Of a DNA stretch of 64,000 bases, positions 1 to 13,461 are shown in pieces. The translations under genes were made by a program, and so were the position numbers. Positions within the stretch are counted from its first letter, which is position 1. Every line of letters begins with the position of its first letter. Source of the stretch: Octopus vulgaris (lineage: Eukaryota); assembly GCA_951406725.2 (NCBI GenBank), contig OX597841.1, forward strand, positions 15,252,001-15,316,000, in the 5' to 3' direction. The notes beneath the pieces were generated by a model. That model made no database searches. It worked only from the letters and a program-made list of their open reading frames with translations, and had not been told where the DNA came from.

Positions 1-65
1 ATTTACATCTATCCGTCTATATAAGCATTGTGTGTTTGTATACATATACATATATATATATATAT

Positions 66-140
<75 letters not shown>

Positions 141-830
141 CATATATACATACATATACATGAATGGTATGAGTATTCACGTACGCAAATTAGAACACGA
201 TGTTAAACCGAAACCGAGAGAAAGCTTAGTGTACTCATAACAGTTCTTCGTTCCAAATTCCCCCCTCACCCACCCCCGATTTCATCTTCCAACGCCCCCC
301 CCGCACCACAACCACCACTACCGCACTCGTACAAGCACCCATAGACGCACGCATGCACGCATTTATTGGCGTGGGGAGGCACAGACAAACTTGCATACGC
401 ACTCCAAGATATTTAGTGACAATACAAATTACTTCGACTAAATTTAGCATTTCATACTGATCCGTCATTGATTGAAAAACTAACACACACACACACACAT
501 GCACGCACACAGACAGACAGACAGACAGACATATACAAATACACACATACACACATGAACACACACACACATACATATGCATGCACAGACACGCACAGAC
601 ACGCACATATACATATACACACATACATATATATATATATATATACACTCACATATCTAGCTACATACGTGCATAGATTTATATATATATACATATATAC
701 TTATATATATATATATATATATATATATCATATATATATATATACATACATATATATATACATATATATATATATATACTTATATATATATACATATATA
801 TATATGTATATACATAATATACATACATAA

Positions 831-867
<37 letters not shown>

Positions 868-1229
868 CTTACACACACTCACACACGCATATATATGTAT
901 ATATATAAATATATGTATATACACAGGCAATCATACAACGTGCTATATATATTATATACACAAGCATATGCACATATGTATACATACCTTCATATATACA
1001 CACACATACACTTCCACAGAGCACAAAAGTACACGTACATCTCGATATACGTGTACATATACGAACAACGAGACGCTCGTATTCAACACATGAAAATTAG
1101 CATTTGAACGGCACAAAAGCTCTGAGCACAAAAAAATGGAAAGGAGAGACATTTGATAATATTAAAAGACAAAAACACAAAATATGATAAACAGAATGAT
1201 ATAAAAAAACAATAGGAAAGATATCGATA

Positions 1230-1285
1230 AGGATAACAGCGATGATAATAATGATAATAGTATTGATAATGGTAATAATAATAAC

Positions 1286-1326
<41 letters not shown>

Positions 1327-1534
1327 TAATAATAATGATGATGATAATAATAATAATAATGATAAAATAATGATAATGATAATAATGATAATGATAATAA
1401 TGACGATAATAAATAGGATGATAATAATAATAATTATAATAATAATAATAACAATAATAACGATGATAATAATGATAATAATAATAATAATAATGATAAT
1501 AATAATAATAATAATAATAAAAATGATAATAATG

Positions 1535-1577
<43 letters not shown>

Positions 1578-1675
1578 TAAAAGTAATGATAATGATAATA
1601 ATGATAATAATGACGATAATAATAATGATAATAAATATGATGATAATAATAATAATTGTAATAATAATAATGACG

Positions 1676-1733
<58 letters not shown>
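1230..1733. repeat. (AAT)n/(GAT)n microsatellite
   Basis: Directly visible trinucleotide array. Confidence 0.95.
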
Positions 1734-1734
<1 letters not shown>

Positions 1735-1949
1735 TGGTACATCACACGTATTGAGAAGAGCATTGTCGATGTGAGAACTGTTGCTGCTCATGTATTTTAA
1801 TTTAACTTTAAAAAAAAAAAAAAAAAAATGAACGAACTACTGAGTTTGGTTTAATGGCCTACCAATATACACTATGAGTTTCTTTGCCCTAGGAGTCGGG
1901 AAGACACCCGGCAAGAAATGGAAGAAAATTTGAAAGAAGAAAAAAAAAG
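1733..1949 (+). mobile_element. 5'-truncated R4/Dong-like non-LTR retrotransposon 3' end inside (AAT)n
   Basis: Reads IGTSHVLRRALSM* (like the LLGTAHILRKVL C-terminus of RLE-type R4/Dong ORFs), then a 3'UTR with CCCTAGGAGTCGGGAAGACACCCGGC; (AAT)n on both sides. Confidence 0.6.
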
Positions 1950-2003
1950 TAATAATAATAATAATAATTGTAATAATAATAATAATAATAATAATAATTT
2001 TGA

Positions 2004-2312
2004 GACAAGGCTATTCCGAGAGGATTAAAGGGAAAGTCGACCTCGGCGATATGCCGTTAAAAATATTTTGTCTCACGCGGCAACGATTCTGCAAGCTAGC
2101 TGCCTTAATAATCTTGTCTACTATAGGCACATAGCCAGACATTTGCGGGTAGGGGGATAATAGATTATCTCGGGTCCAGTACTTAATTTATCGACCCCAA
2201 AAGGATGGAAGACAAAGTCGACCTCAGTGGAACTTGAACTCAGAACATGAAGTCAGAAGAAATACTGCTAAGCACTTCGCCCGGTGTGCTAACGTTTCTG
2301 CCAGCTAGCCAC
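2004..2312 (-). mobile_element. SINE family B, two degenerate copies
   Basis: Similar to the better copies at 10201-10430 and 41480-41680 (AAAGTCGACCTCGGCGGAA, TTATCGACCCC). Confidence 0.75.
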
Positions 2313-2349
2313 TTTAATAATAATAATGATAATCATAATAATGATACTC

Positions 2350-2405
<56 letters not shown>

Positions 2406-2406
<1 letters not shown>

Positions 2407-2864
2407 GGGCTACAGCAAATATTCTGCTCAATACCACAGATTTGCTTGTCAGTTGTTTGACCTTAACCAGTTGAGCATGTCCCTTAGGGGCTGACGATAT
2501 GTGCATCTCTGATCACGAGCAGAAGTAGTGGGGGAGCATCATAGCCATGTGTTGAGAGGGATTCTTGGAGGTTTGAATAATTCACCTCTGGAAACATGGG
2601 TGGTTCTTTCAACATCCTTAAACAACCCTTATTCAGGGACCTTTTGAGCAGGATGGGCTACTCAACCTGAAGAAAATTCTAACTGGGCCCCACCTGCAAG
2701 GTCATGTGCTGTTTATCTTGATATGAGATCACCATGTCACGCACATATGGTTGTGATGCATGTGCCTGGTGTACCTTTATCAGACGGGTAGTCATGATGG
2801 GTATATTGGGCTTCGTATATTTTACCCCAGTGTCAATTTGATGGCATGCACTGCTCTCTCACTC
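2406..2864. mobile_element. 459-bp interspersed element (family D) embedded in (AAT)n
   Basis: Near-identical second copy with the same ends at 32398-32856; no tRNA head, TIR or convincing ORF seen. Confidence 0.85.
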
Positions 2865-2928
<64 letters not shown>

Positions 2929-2929
<1 letters not shown>

Positions 2930-3430
2930 GCTATTGGGAAAGACTCAAGAGATTGAAACTCTATTCCTTAGAGCGTAGGCGAGAAAGATATGCCAAAATA
3001 TACATCTGGAAGATCCTAGAAGGACTTGAACCAAACTTTGGCATCGAGAGTTACACAAATGCCAGAACTGGGCGCCACTGCATAGTGCCAAGGACTCCAA
3101 ATTTGCCATCAAGATGTAGGACAAGATACTGTGATAGCCTGGGCTTCCGAGGCCCACAGCTCTTCAATATCCTCCCAAAGAACCTAAGAGACCTGCATTG
3201 GGTGGATGCAGATGTCTTTAAAATGAAACTGGATCGCTTTTTGTCAGGTGTCCCAGATGAACCAACTTCACGGCAGGAGGTGCAGATGAGGGCAGCTGCA
3301 TCGAACTCTCTCATGCACCAGATGGCATTTGCTAAAAAGCATTCGTGAAGTAAAATCATGTAACAACACCAAATGGCGGTGCCCCAGCATGGCCACAGCT
3401 TGTGAGCAGAAACTAAATAAAATAAAAAAA
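2929..3430 (+). mobile_element. 5'-truncated CR1/L2-group LINE: ORF2 C-terminus (to 3348) plus 3'UTR
   Basis: SYWERLKRLKLYSLERRRERY...GPQLFNILPKNLR...FKMKLDRFL..VPDEP...RAAASNSL; A-rich tail; second copy at 63511-63718. Confidence 0.85.
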
Positions 3431-3451
3431 ATAAATAATAATAATAATATT

Positions 3452-3658
3452 CATTCTACCCTGGGCACATAGCCCGAAAGTTTTGGCGAGGTGGCCAGTC
3501 GATTAGATCGAACTCAGTATGCAACTGGTAGTTAATCTATGGGCCCTGAAACGATGAAAGGCAAAGATGACCTCGGCAGAACTCGAACTCAGAACGTAAA
3601 AGTAGACGAAATACCGCTAAGTATTTTGCTTTGCATGCAAACGTTTCTGCCAGCTCGC
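3452..3658 (-). mobile_element. SINE family B (short-tail variant)
   Basis: Matches family B head and body. Confidence 0.75.
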
Positions 3659-3659
3659 A

Positions 3660-3726
<67 letters not shown>

Positions 3727-3727
3727 A

Positions 3728-3801
<74 letters not shown>

Positions 3802-3805
3802 GATG

Positions 3806-3870
<65 letters not shown>

Positions 3871-3889
3871 AATAATGATGATGATAATG

Positions 3890-3997
<108 letters not shown>

Positions 3998-4439
3998 TAC
4001 GAGATGTCTATTTAAAATCAGACAATAATAGATATAAAAAGGAAACTAACTGATAAACACAGTTTCAGACACACATACACACACACTTATACACACACAT
4101 ATACATACACACTCCCACATACAGTAAAAAAGAAAAGAAAAAGAAAACAAGAGCAGAAACAGTAGCGACAAAAGAATTACATGAAAACTCATAATAATTA
4201 AAGAGAATGCGAGAGAAGAAAAAGTTTAGCAGCCATGATAAGAAATTCGAGGAAAACGAAAGTGAAAGTAGAAAAATAGAAGCCAAAAAAATTTAGTGAC
4301 AAGACTATATAAAATGGAGGAAGAACCACAGAAAAATAACCTTTTATTTTCTTAGTAAAATAACAATTGAAATAACGATTAAGAACATGAAAGGTATGTG
4401 TATATGGTGGTGTGTATGGGTGCATATAAATGACAGTAC

Positions 4440-4511
<72 letters not shown>

Positions 4512-5014
4512 TGTATATATATTATATATAATATATATATGTAAATATATAATATATGTATATAATATATATGTATATTTTTGTGCGTAAATTTCTCATT
4601 ATATGTGTATACATGGTGTATACATGTATACATGTATGCGTGTACATATACATATGCACATTTGTGAGTGAATATATATATATATATATATATTTATATG
4701 TGTGTGTGTGTGTCCTGTACTCATATATGCGTGTATATATACATGTATATATATACATATATATATACATGTATATATATACATATATATACATGTATAT
4801 ATATATACATGTATATATATACATATATATATATTTGTGTGTGTGTGTTTGTATTTAAATTTCGATGTGTGCCTGTATGTATGCTAAGTTAATTTTTTGG
4901 CTCAAAAAGCAAAAAGCAAGGCCATGTATGTGTGCATTCATATATGTCTACAGTGTACACTCACACACACATACATACATAATACATGCCTACATACATA
5001 CATACATACATACA

Positions 5015-5073
<59 letters not shown>

Positions 5074-6137
5074 CTTACCTGTCATATTTTACTTGTTTCG
5101 GTCATTAGAGTGTAGGACACCGCCTTGAACAGTTTTATTCAAACAAATTTTCATTCCTTCGTTCCCGCCTGTTTCTAACTCCTTACAACACCTTTTCTGT
5201 CACATTCTCGCATATACACACATACGGATATATTGATGCACATATACATATACACACACATAGATATGCATATGCACTCACGCCCACACATGCTTTTATA
5301 AACATACATGCACGTACATTCATATACATACATAGAGACACATACGCATAGAAACTTAAATACGCGCAGGCTCACACACACACAGTCGCATACATCTATG
5401 CAAACACGCAAACACTCACATACATAAATGGAAACACACACACACACACTCTTACACACACACACAGACACGTAAATAAACGCTTATACACGCGCAGTCC
5501 ACACATTCAAATACATAAATGCACACACACGCACGCGTGCACGCACACACACATGCGATCGCACAAGCGCTCACATACACATACATGTGCACTCCTATGT
5601 ACACAAACAGATACACACACAGATTACTTATACATCTCTCTTGTACTACTGTGATAGGGGCGTATGCACACACCCGTCTCACACACAGACACAAACACAC
5701 ATGAACACACACACACACATACATAAACACACACATAAGCACACGCACGCGCACATGCTCAGAGCCAGCTGTCGTTTCCTGAATTTAACTATCATACATA
5801 CCATCAATGCCATACGGCACCACTGCTTCCGCCACCACCACAAGCACAACCACCACTGCTATCACCACCACAACCACCACCACCACCACCACCAACACCA
5901 CCAGTACCACCACTATCACAACCACCACTGTTACTGCAATTAGTGATAAAATTAAGGGCATCTTCAAACATCAAAGCAATTTTCGGGTTTTTAGTTTTAT
6001 ACACACGAGCACACATACAGACACACACACACACACATCCACACACACACACATTTATACACACACATATAACACATATATATGCATTCATACACAAACA
6101 TATATTCATACACAAAGATTCATACACAAACATATAT

Positions 6138-6190
<53 letters not shown>

Positions 6191-6228
6191 CACATGTAAA
6201 CATACCTACATACACACACACATATATG

Positions 6229-6305
<77 letters not shown>

Positions 6306-6329
6306 CAATACATATATAGACATATATGC

Positions 6330-6760
6330 CAGTATAAATACATACGTAGAAAACAAGCTTAAGCTTTCTGTCAATCAATATCTTTTGAGATTGTGGTCTC
6401 GGCTTCCCTTTCTCTGTAGTCCCTTGTCTTACAGTGGCCCGGAGCCTTACGTGGGCCGCAATCATGAACATTCAAATTTGTTACCAGTTCAAATAAGCTC
6501 AAGCCGTATCTGAACCCGTAACGAAAGCATTCACTGCAGTTTGTTATGGAGGAAATTTCTCTCTGTAGACAAATAGTTGCAAATACCTCGTGTCAGTCCA
6601 CAGCATTCACCGTCTCCGTGCGCAGTGTTTGGCTTTCCGGTATCTGCTGCTGAAGAGGCGATAACCACCCCGAAATGCATGCGTGCAACTGTTTGGATAG
6701 GGAGTGATGTAAACTGTTAGAAGCTTTCCTAATTTATTATTCTACTTTTGTACTGCAATA
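6330..6760 (+). mobile_element. Putative Penelope-like remnant with a decayed hammerhead (6644-6691)
   Basis: CTGAAGA-GGCG..CCCC-GAAA-TGCATGCG-T; stem I and the cleavage base are degenerate. Confidence 0.4.
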
Positions 6761-6817
6761 CCCCAAATAAACGACAATGTTCTTGTACCATATGTATATG
6801 TATAAACATATACAGGG

Positions 6818-6882
<65 letters not shown>

Positions 6883-7020
6883 TATATACATATGTATATA
6901 TGTATATATATGTATACATACATACACACACACAATATATATATGTATGATTGACAGATAGCGGTAGATAGATCAATAGACAGACACAAAGATATATCTA
7001 TCTATCTATATATCTATCTA

Positions 7021-7110
<90 letters not shown>

Positions 7111-7169
7111 ATACATGTGTGTGTGAGTGTGTGTATATCACTTCTGGTAGATATATGGATATATATATA

Positions 7170-7260
<91 letters not shown>

Positions 7261-7344
7261 TTCATACATACATACGTATACGTTTGAATGTATTTATATA
7301 TGTACATATATGTATACTCAAAATATATGTATATACGTATATCA

Positions 7345-7382
<38 letters not shown>

Positions 7383-8269
7383 ACCTCTGTGTGTGCGTCT
7401 GTGTACAAGGTGTCTATGTGCGTGTGGTGTGTATTGCGTGCGTGTGTAAGCAGGAAAGAGGCTGCAGCGGTATAGGTGGGCGCTGGCGACGGCGGCGGCG
7501 ACCATTTTGGTAAGGCAAGTAGATGTACTTTGCTGCAAGGCCTTCACGTATTGATGTTTTTGTTTACTGACTGGATGACCTCATATGTCAAAGGTCACCG
7601 ACAGGAAACCGACTCGAAGACTAATATTGCATACATCATGCTGGCAATGACGTATCGCTTACCTCGCACCACTCCTCCCGCTCATGTCCCTCCCACTTTC
7701 TTCGGGTTCTCCATCTTGATGAACCAAAACCGCTGTTTTGTCTGGAGTGTGTGTGTCTGTGTGTGTGTACGTACGTGTGTGTGTCTGTGTGTAAGTGTGC
7801 GTGTCTATAGGCGTGTGTGTGTTTGTGGGTGTGTACGTACGTGTGTGTGTGTTTGTGTGTAAGTGTGCGTAAGTGTGTGCGTGCATGTGTCTATAGGCGT
7901 GTGTGTGTCTGTGTGTGTGTACGTGCGTGTGTGTGTGTTTGTGTGTAAGTGTGCGTGTCTATAGGCGTGTGTGTGTTTGTGGGTGTCTATAGGCGTGTGT
8001 GTGTTTGTGGGTGTATGTATGTGTGTGTCTTTGCGTGTATGTGTGTTTGCGTGTGTGTGTGTGCGTGTGTGTATTTATGTGTGTGTGTTTGTACGTGTGT
8101 GTGTGTGCGTGTGTGTATGCATGTGTATATGTATGTGTGTGTGTATGTACGTGTGTGTGTGTTGTGTGCAATTGTGTGTGCGTGTGTGCATGGGCGTGTG
8201 TATATTTGTGTATGTATGTACGTGTGTGTCATTGTGTGTATGTACGTGTGTGCTTCTGTATGTATGTAC

Positions 8270-8505
8270 GTGTCCAAAGATTGGTCCAGGCCATGTCTAA
8301 CTTGATAGCACCACCTAATAGGATTATCTAAATCCTTTTTAATTCAAGTTTTGTTTATGGTCCATTCAAGTAGTGAGTTTTTGTTGGGTGAGTTGTATCC
8401 AATTATGGGTGGCTTATCCGGTATTCCTTGAAGAAATCTATCCAGACTCCGTTTAAAGGTGATGGGATCCTTTTCCTCTTTGATCTCTTTCGGGACAATG
8501 TTAAA
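8270..8505 (-). mobile_element. CR1-group LINE 3' fragment (second family)
   Basis: Minus strand FNIVPKEIKEEKDPITFKRSLDRFLQGIPDKPPIIGYNSPNKNSLLEW; longer copy at 24020-24426. Confidence 0.8.
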
Positions 8506-8517
8506 TATATATATTTA

Positions 8518-8575
<58 letters not shown>

Positions 8576-8744
8576 TGTGTGTGTGTGTGTGTGTAAAAAG
8601 TATGCAACGTTTCGAAACATGAAATTCATCACAATATATTTCAGCATTACTTATCAAAATAAGTACTATTACAATCAACACATTTTTGCCATATATATAC
8701 TCATACACAAACACACGCATATATACATGCACGCACACAATCAA

Positions 8745-8776
<32 letters not shown>

Positions 8777-8914
8777 ATATATATACACATGCACATACAC
8801 ATGCATACACACACACACATATATATACATACACATGCACTTACACACGCATACACACACACACATATGTATATATATATACATACACATGCACATACAC
8901 ACGCACACATTCAA

Positions 8915-8954
<40 letters not shown>

Positions 8955-9034
8955 GCACATACACACGCATACACACACACATACACATATATATATATTA
9001 ATACACACATGCACATACACACGCATACATGCAT

Positions 9035-9069
<35 letters not shown>

Positions 9070-9087
9070 CATACACATGCACATACA

Positions 9088-9151
<64 letters not shown>

Positions 9152-9558
9152 CATGTACATACACACGCATATACACACACACATACACACATCCTTCTAG
9201 TCCCACACAGTCTGCTACCGTGAAACACGACATCAGTCCAAACATGCGGAATCGCGTACGGACGTAACAAAGCGTACCGCATCGCGGCGCAGAGCACCGC
9301 GTTACATCACTCTATACCTATACACACGAGTGTGTGTTAATATAGATGTTATACATACATGTCAAACCAGCCTGGCTCCTCTGCACAGCGTCTGCTTTAT
9401 ACAATACCTGGGCGACGCACAGACTCTCACCGAATCGGGGAAACACGACCATTTAATTAAAACAACTCCAACGAACATGTCCGGATATTGCGTCATCATG
9501 GCGGCATTGTTTAATAAGCGAACACGAAGAATTGTAGATTGTTGTATAGTGTGTGTGT

Positions 9559-9597
<39 letters not shown>

Positions 9598-9670
9598 TCT
9601 CTCTCTCTCTCTGTGAATGTGACTGTATATGATTCTTCTATATATGCGTGCATTTGTGTGTCTATATATT

Positions 9671-10089
9671 CTTTTACTCTTTTACTTGTTTCAGTCATTT
9701 GACTGCGGCCATGCTGGAGCACCGCCCTTTAATCGAACAACTCGACGCCGGGACTTATTCTTTTGCAAGCCCAGTACTTATTCTATCGGTTCTCTTTTGC
9801 CGAACCGCTAAGTAACGGGGACGTAAACACACCAGCATCGGTTGTCAAGCAATGCTAGGGGGACAAACACAGACACACAAACACACACACACATATACAT
9901 ATATATATAGATATATACATATATACGACAGGCTTCTTTCAGTTTCCGTCTACCAAATCCACTCACAAGGCATTGGTTGGCCCGGGGCTATAGCAGAAGA
10001 CACTTGCCCAAAGTGCCACGCAGTGGGACTGAACCCGGAACCATGTGGTTGGTTAGCAAGCTACTTACCACACAGCCACTCCTGCGCCT
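9671..10089 (-). mobile_element. SINE family A, full length
   Basis: tRNA-like head (TGGCTGTGTGG / GGTTCAGTCCC), CORE-like TTGGGCAAGT, internal (TA)(TG) microsatellite, (GTAAAAGA)n tail; more than ten copies in the window. Confidence 0.9.
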
Positions 10090-10200
10090 GTATGATCATA
10101 TCTAGCTATCTATCTATCTCCTATCTAAACACACACACACATATATTCAAACCGTTTTATTCTACATAAGCGTAGTTTTAAACCCACAAACCTCTCCTCA

Positions 10201-10430
10201 AATACCTGTTTCTTTACTGCCCATAAGGGGCTAAACACAGAGGGGACAAACAAGGACAGACAAATGGATTAAGTCGATTACATCGACCCCAGTGCGTAAC
10301 TGGTACTTAATTTATCGACCCCGAAAGGATGAAAGGCAAAATCAACCTTGGCGGAATTTGAACTCAGAACGTAACGGCCGACGAAATACCGCTGAGCATT
10401 TCGCCCGGCGCGCTAACGATTCTGCCAGCT
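10201..10430 (-). mobile_element. SINE family B, monomer
   Basis: tRNA-like head (TGGCAGAATCGTT / GAGTTCAAATTCC) and GCCTTTCATCCTTTCGGGGTCGATAAATTAAGTACC core resembling the Meta/MESC SINE domain. Confidence 0.85.
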
Positions 10431-10459
10431 CCGTCCTCACCGCTTATTGCTGGGTTTCT

Positions 10460-10625
10460 GTACCGTTTTCCGTCCATCAAAGTCACACGCCAAAAGGTAT
10501 TGGTCAGCGCAAGGCGGTGGGTAGCCATCGTAGAAGACACTTGCCCATCCAACTTGTCACCGCACAGTGGGACTGAACCCAGGACCAAATAGTCGGTGAG
10601 CGAGCTTCTTAACCATTCAGCCACA
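10460..10625 (-). mobile_element. SINE family A, degenerate 5' half
   Basis: AGAAGACACTTGCCCA...GCAGTGGGACTGAACCC-like match. Confidence 0.7.
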
Positions 10626-10646
10626 CCTTTTATATATAATTTCCTC

Positions 10647-10701
<55 letters not shown>

Positions 10702-10777
10702 TCAATCTTTCTTTCTTTCTTTCTTTCTTTCTTCCCTTCTTTCTTTCAATCTTTCTTTCTTTCTTTCTTTCTTCCCT

Positions 10778-10811
<34 letters not shown>

Positions 10812-11147
10812 TTCCTTCCTTCCTTCCTTCTAATTACTCTCCCAGATTAAGAACCGTCTGCATGGCTGTGATTTCTCCAAGATTCTTCGAGATTCTTCGA
10901 GATTCTTTAGGCTATATTTTCGTTTTTCTATCAAATTTTCCAGATTGGTTTTTCTTTATCATTTCGCTAATTTATAATTCAGTGACAAGACACGGAATTC
11001 TTAATGCCAAAAACTCTCTCCGAATCTCCTGGCACCTTCCAACTTTTGGCAGTCTCAAGGAAGCGACCACCGCCGTTTTGATCTCAAGATTATTTCTCAA
11101 TCCGGCCTTCCTTTACGTAAACAACGATGAATCTTTTTTTGGACGAT

Positions 11148-11619
11148 GTCAACACCATCATCATTATCATCGCCATCATCACCGACATCATCATCATCAT
11201 CATCACTGTCGTCCTCGTCGAGGCATCACCGACATCATCATCATCATGATTATCATCATCCTCATCGTCTTCGTTATCATCGTCATCGTCGTCATCATCG
11301 ATGACATCATCATCATTATCGTCGTCATGATCTTCATCATCGTCATCGTCAACGTCATCATCTCCACCATCATCACCACCACCACTATCACCATCGTCAT
11401 AATCATCATCATCATCATCATCATCACCATAATCATCATCATCATCATCGTCATATTCATCATCATCATCATCATCATCATCATTATCATTACCACCACC
11501 ACCACCACCACCACCACCACCACCACTACCACCACCATCATCATCATCATCATCATCGCAGTGGTGGTAGTGGTCATCGTCGTCGTCATCATCATCATCA
11601 TCATCATCATCACCATCAC
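11148..11619. repeat. (CAT)n/(CAC)n microsatellite
   Basis: Directly visible. Confidence 0.9.
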
Positions 11620-11683
11620 TTCTTACGTAAAGAATGCAAAATACACTAAGTTTTCTAAGTCAATCAGTGCATATACATATATA

Positions 11684-12083
11684 GGCGGAAGAGTGGCTGT
11701 GTGGTAAGTAGCTTGCTTATCAACCACATTGCTCCGGGTTCAGTCTCACTGCGTGGCACCTTGACAAGTGTCTTCTACTATAGCCTCGGGCCGATCAAAG
11801 CCTTGTGAGTGGATTTGGTAGACGGAAACTGTGCGAAAGCCTTTTGTTTACATATATATGTGTATGTATGTGTGATTGTGTTTGTGCTAATGTTTGTAAC
11901 CAGCACTGTTTGACAACCGGTGTTGGTGTGTTTACGTCACCGAAACATAGCGGTTCGGCAAAACAAGACAGATAGAATAACTACTAGGTTTAAACAATAA
12001 GCTCTGGAACCGATCTTTTCGACTACAAACCTTCGAGGCAATGTTCCAGCATGACCGCAATCCAGCACTTCAACGGTAAAAGA
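11684..12083 (+). mobile_element. SINE family A, diverged full-length copy
   Basis: Colinear with 52937-53358. Confidence 0.85.
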
Positions 12084-12323
12084 TACCTCTCTCTCTCTCT
12101 CTTTTCCCTATCCCTCCTCTCCTCTCTCTCTTTCTCTCTCTCTCTCTCCCTCTTTCTCTCTCTCTCTTTCCCTCTCTCTCTCTATCTGTCTGTCTCTCTC
12201 TCTCTTTCTCAGTGTGTGTATGTGTATACACACACACACACATATATATATATATACATATATATACATATATACATACATACATATATATATATATATA
12301 CATACATGCATGCATATATATAT

Positions 12324-12406
<83 letters not shown>

Positions 12407-12409
<3 letters not shown>

Positions 12410-13375
12410 GGTTATCCTAAAAGAATGAACCGATTTCATTACGCAATATTTTAATAAGGAGAAGCAATAAAAAAACTCCAGCTGAGTCCCAAGTATTTAC
12501 TCCCAATCAACTTTTATTTCCTGTCTTACAAAGTGTTCAATGTGGCCACCACCTGCAGCACGGGCAACATCAATGCGATAAGAGAATTCCTCCCAGACAC
12601 GTATCTGCATATCACGGTCTACTGAGTTGATCGCTGATGTTATTCGATGTTTAAGGTCATCGGGGTTAGCAGGGAGCGGTGGAGCATAAACACGATCTTT
12701 TACATATCCCCACAACAAAAAATTCACACACGGTGAGGTCTGGAGATCTCGCAGGCCAAGCACAATGCGCAAGGTCTTGGGTCCCTTTCTGACCGATCCA
12801 ACGCTGGAGCACTTTTTCATTTAAAAAAGCTCGAACCATCAGTTGTCAATGGGGCGGTGCTCCATCTTGCTGTAAAATGAAGTCATGCGAATCTGCTTGT
12901 AGTGAAGCGAGGAACCAGTTTTGGAGCACATCGGGATGGGTTTGTCCTGTAACGGTGTTTCCTTCAAAGAAAAAGGGACCATAAACTTTGTCCTGAGACA
13001 CAGCACAGAAGACGTTCACCTTAGAGGAATCTCTTTCATGCTCAACTGTTTCATGTGGGTTCTCTGTTCCCCAAATACGCACATTGTGACGATTGACTGT
13101 ACCACTCAAGTGAAAAGTCGCTTTATCATTAAAAATTAAACGTGAGATGAAGGTTTTGTCTCCCTCATCTCCAAAATCGATTCGCGAAATTCCAACCGCT
13201 TCCTCTTGTCGTCATTGGTAAGTGCTTGTTCGCGGCGTAGTCTGTATGATTTCAAATATAGACGTCCCCTTAGCACACGCCAGTTAGTGGTTTGAGGGAT
13301 CGCAAGCTCACGGCTAGCTCGATTTGTGGACTTCCGCGGGGTCCCCTAAAACGCAGCATAGATTCTCGTCACTTG
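12407..13375 (-). mobile_element. Decayed Tc1/mariner (rosa/DD41D-related) transposon with transposase pseudogene
   Basis: TA|CAGGGTTATCC terminus at 12407; minus strand [15 protein letters not shown] (HTH), IFNDKATFHLSG, QQDGAPPH*, WPARSPDLTVC, WGYVKDRVY, GGHIEH; contains a stop and frameshifts. Confidence 0.9.
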
Positions 13376-13461
13376 TCTACATACGTAGACAGACAGATAT
13401 GCACACACACACAGATGCGTCCGCGCACAGACGCACGCACACACAAACACACATATACACA

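Noticed and set aside
8597-8640. Hammerhead-like GUGAUGA...CGAAACGUU on the minus strand
   Set aside because: Stems I and II do not pair and C3 is missing.
10879-10908. Heat-shock element in the (AGATTCTTCG) short tandem repeat
   Set aside because: Does not form three correctly alternating nGAAn units; a simple short duplication.
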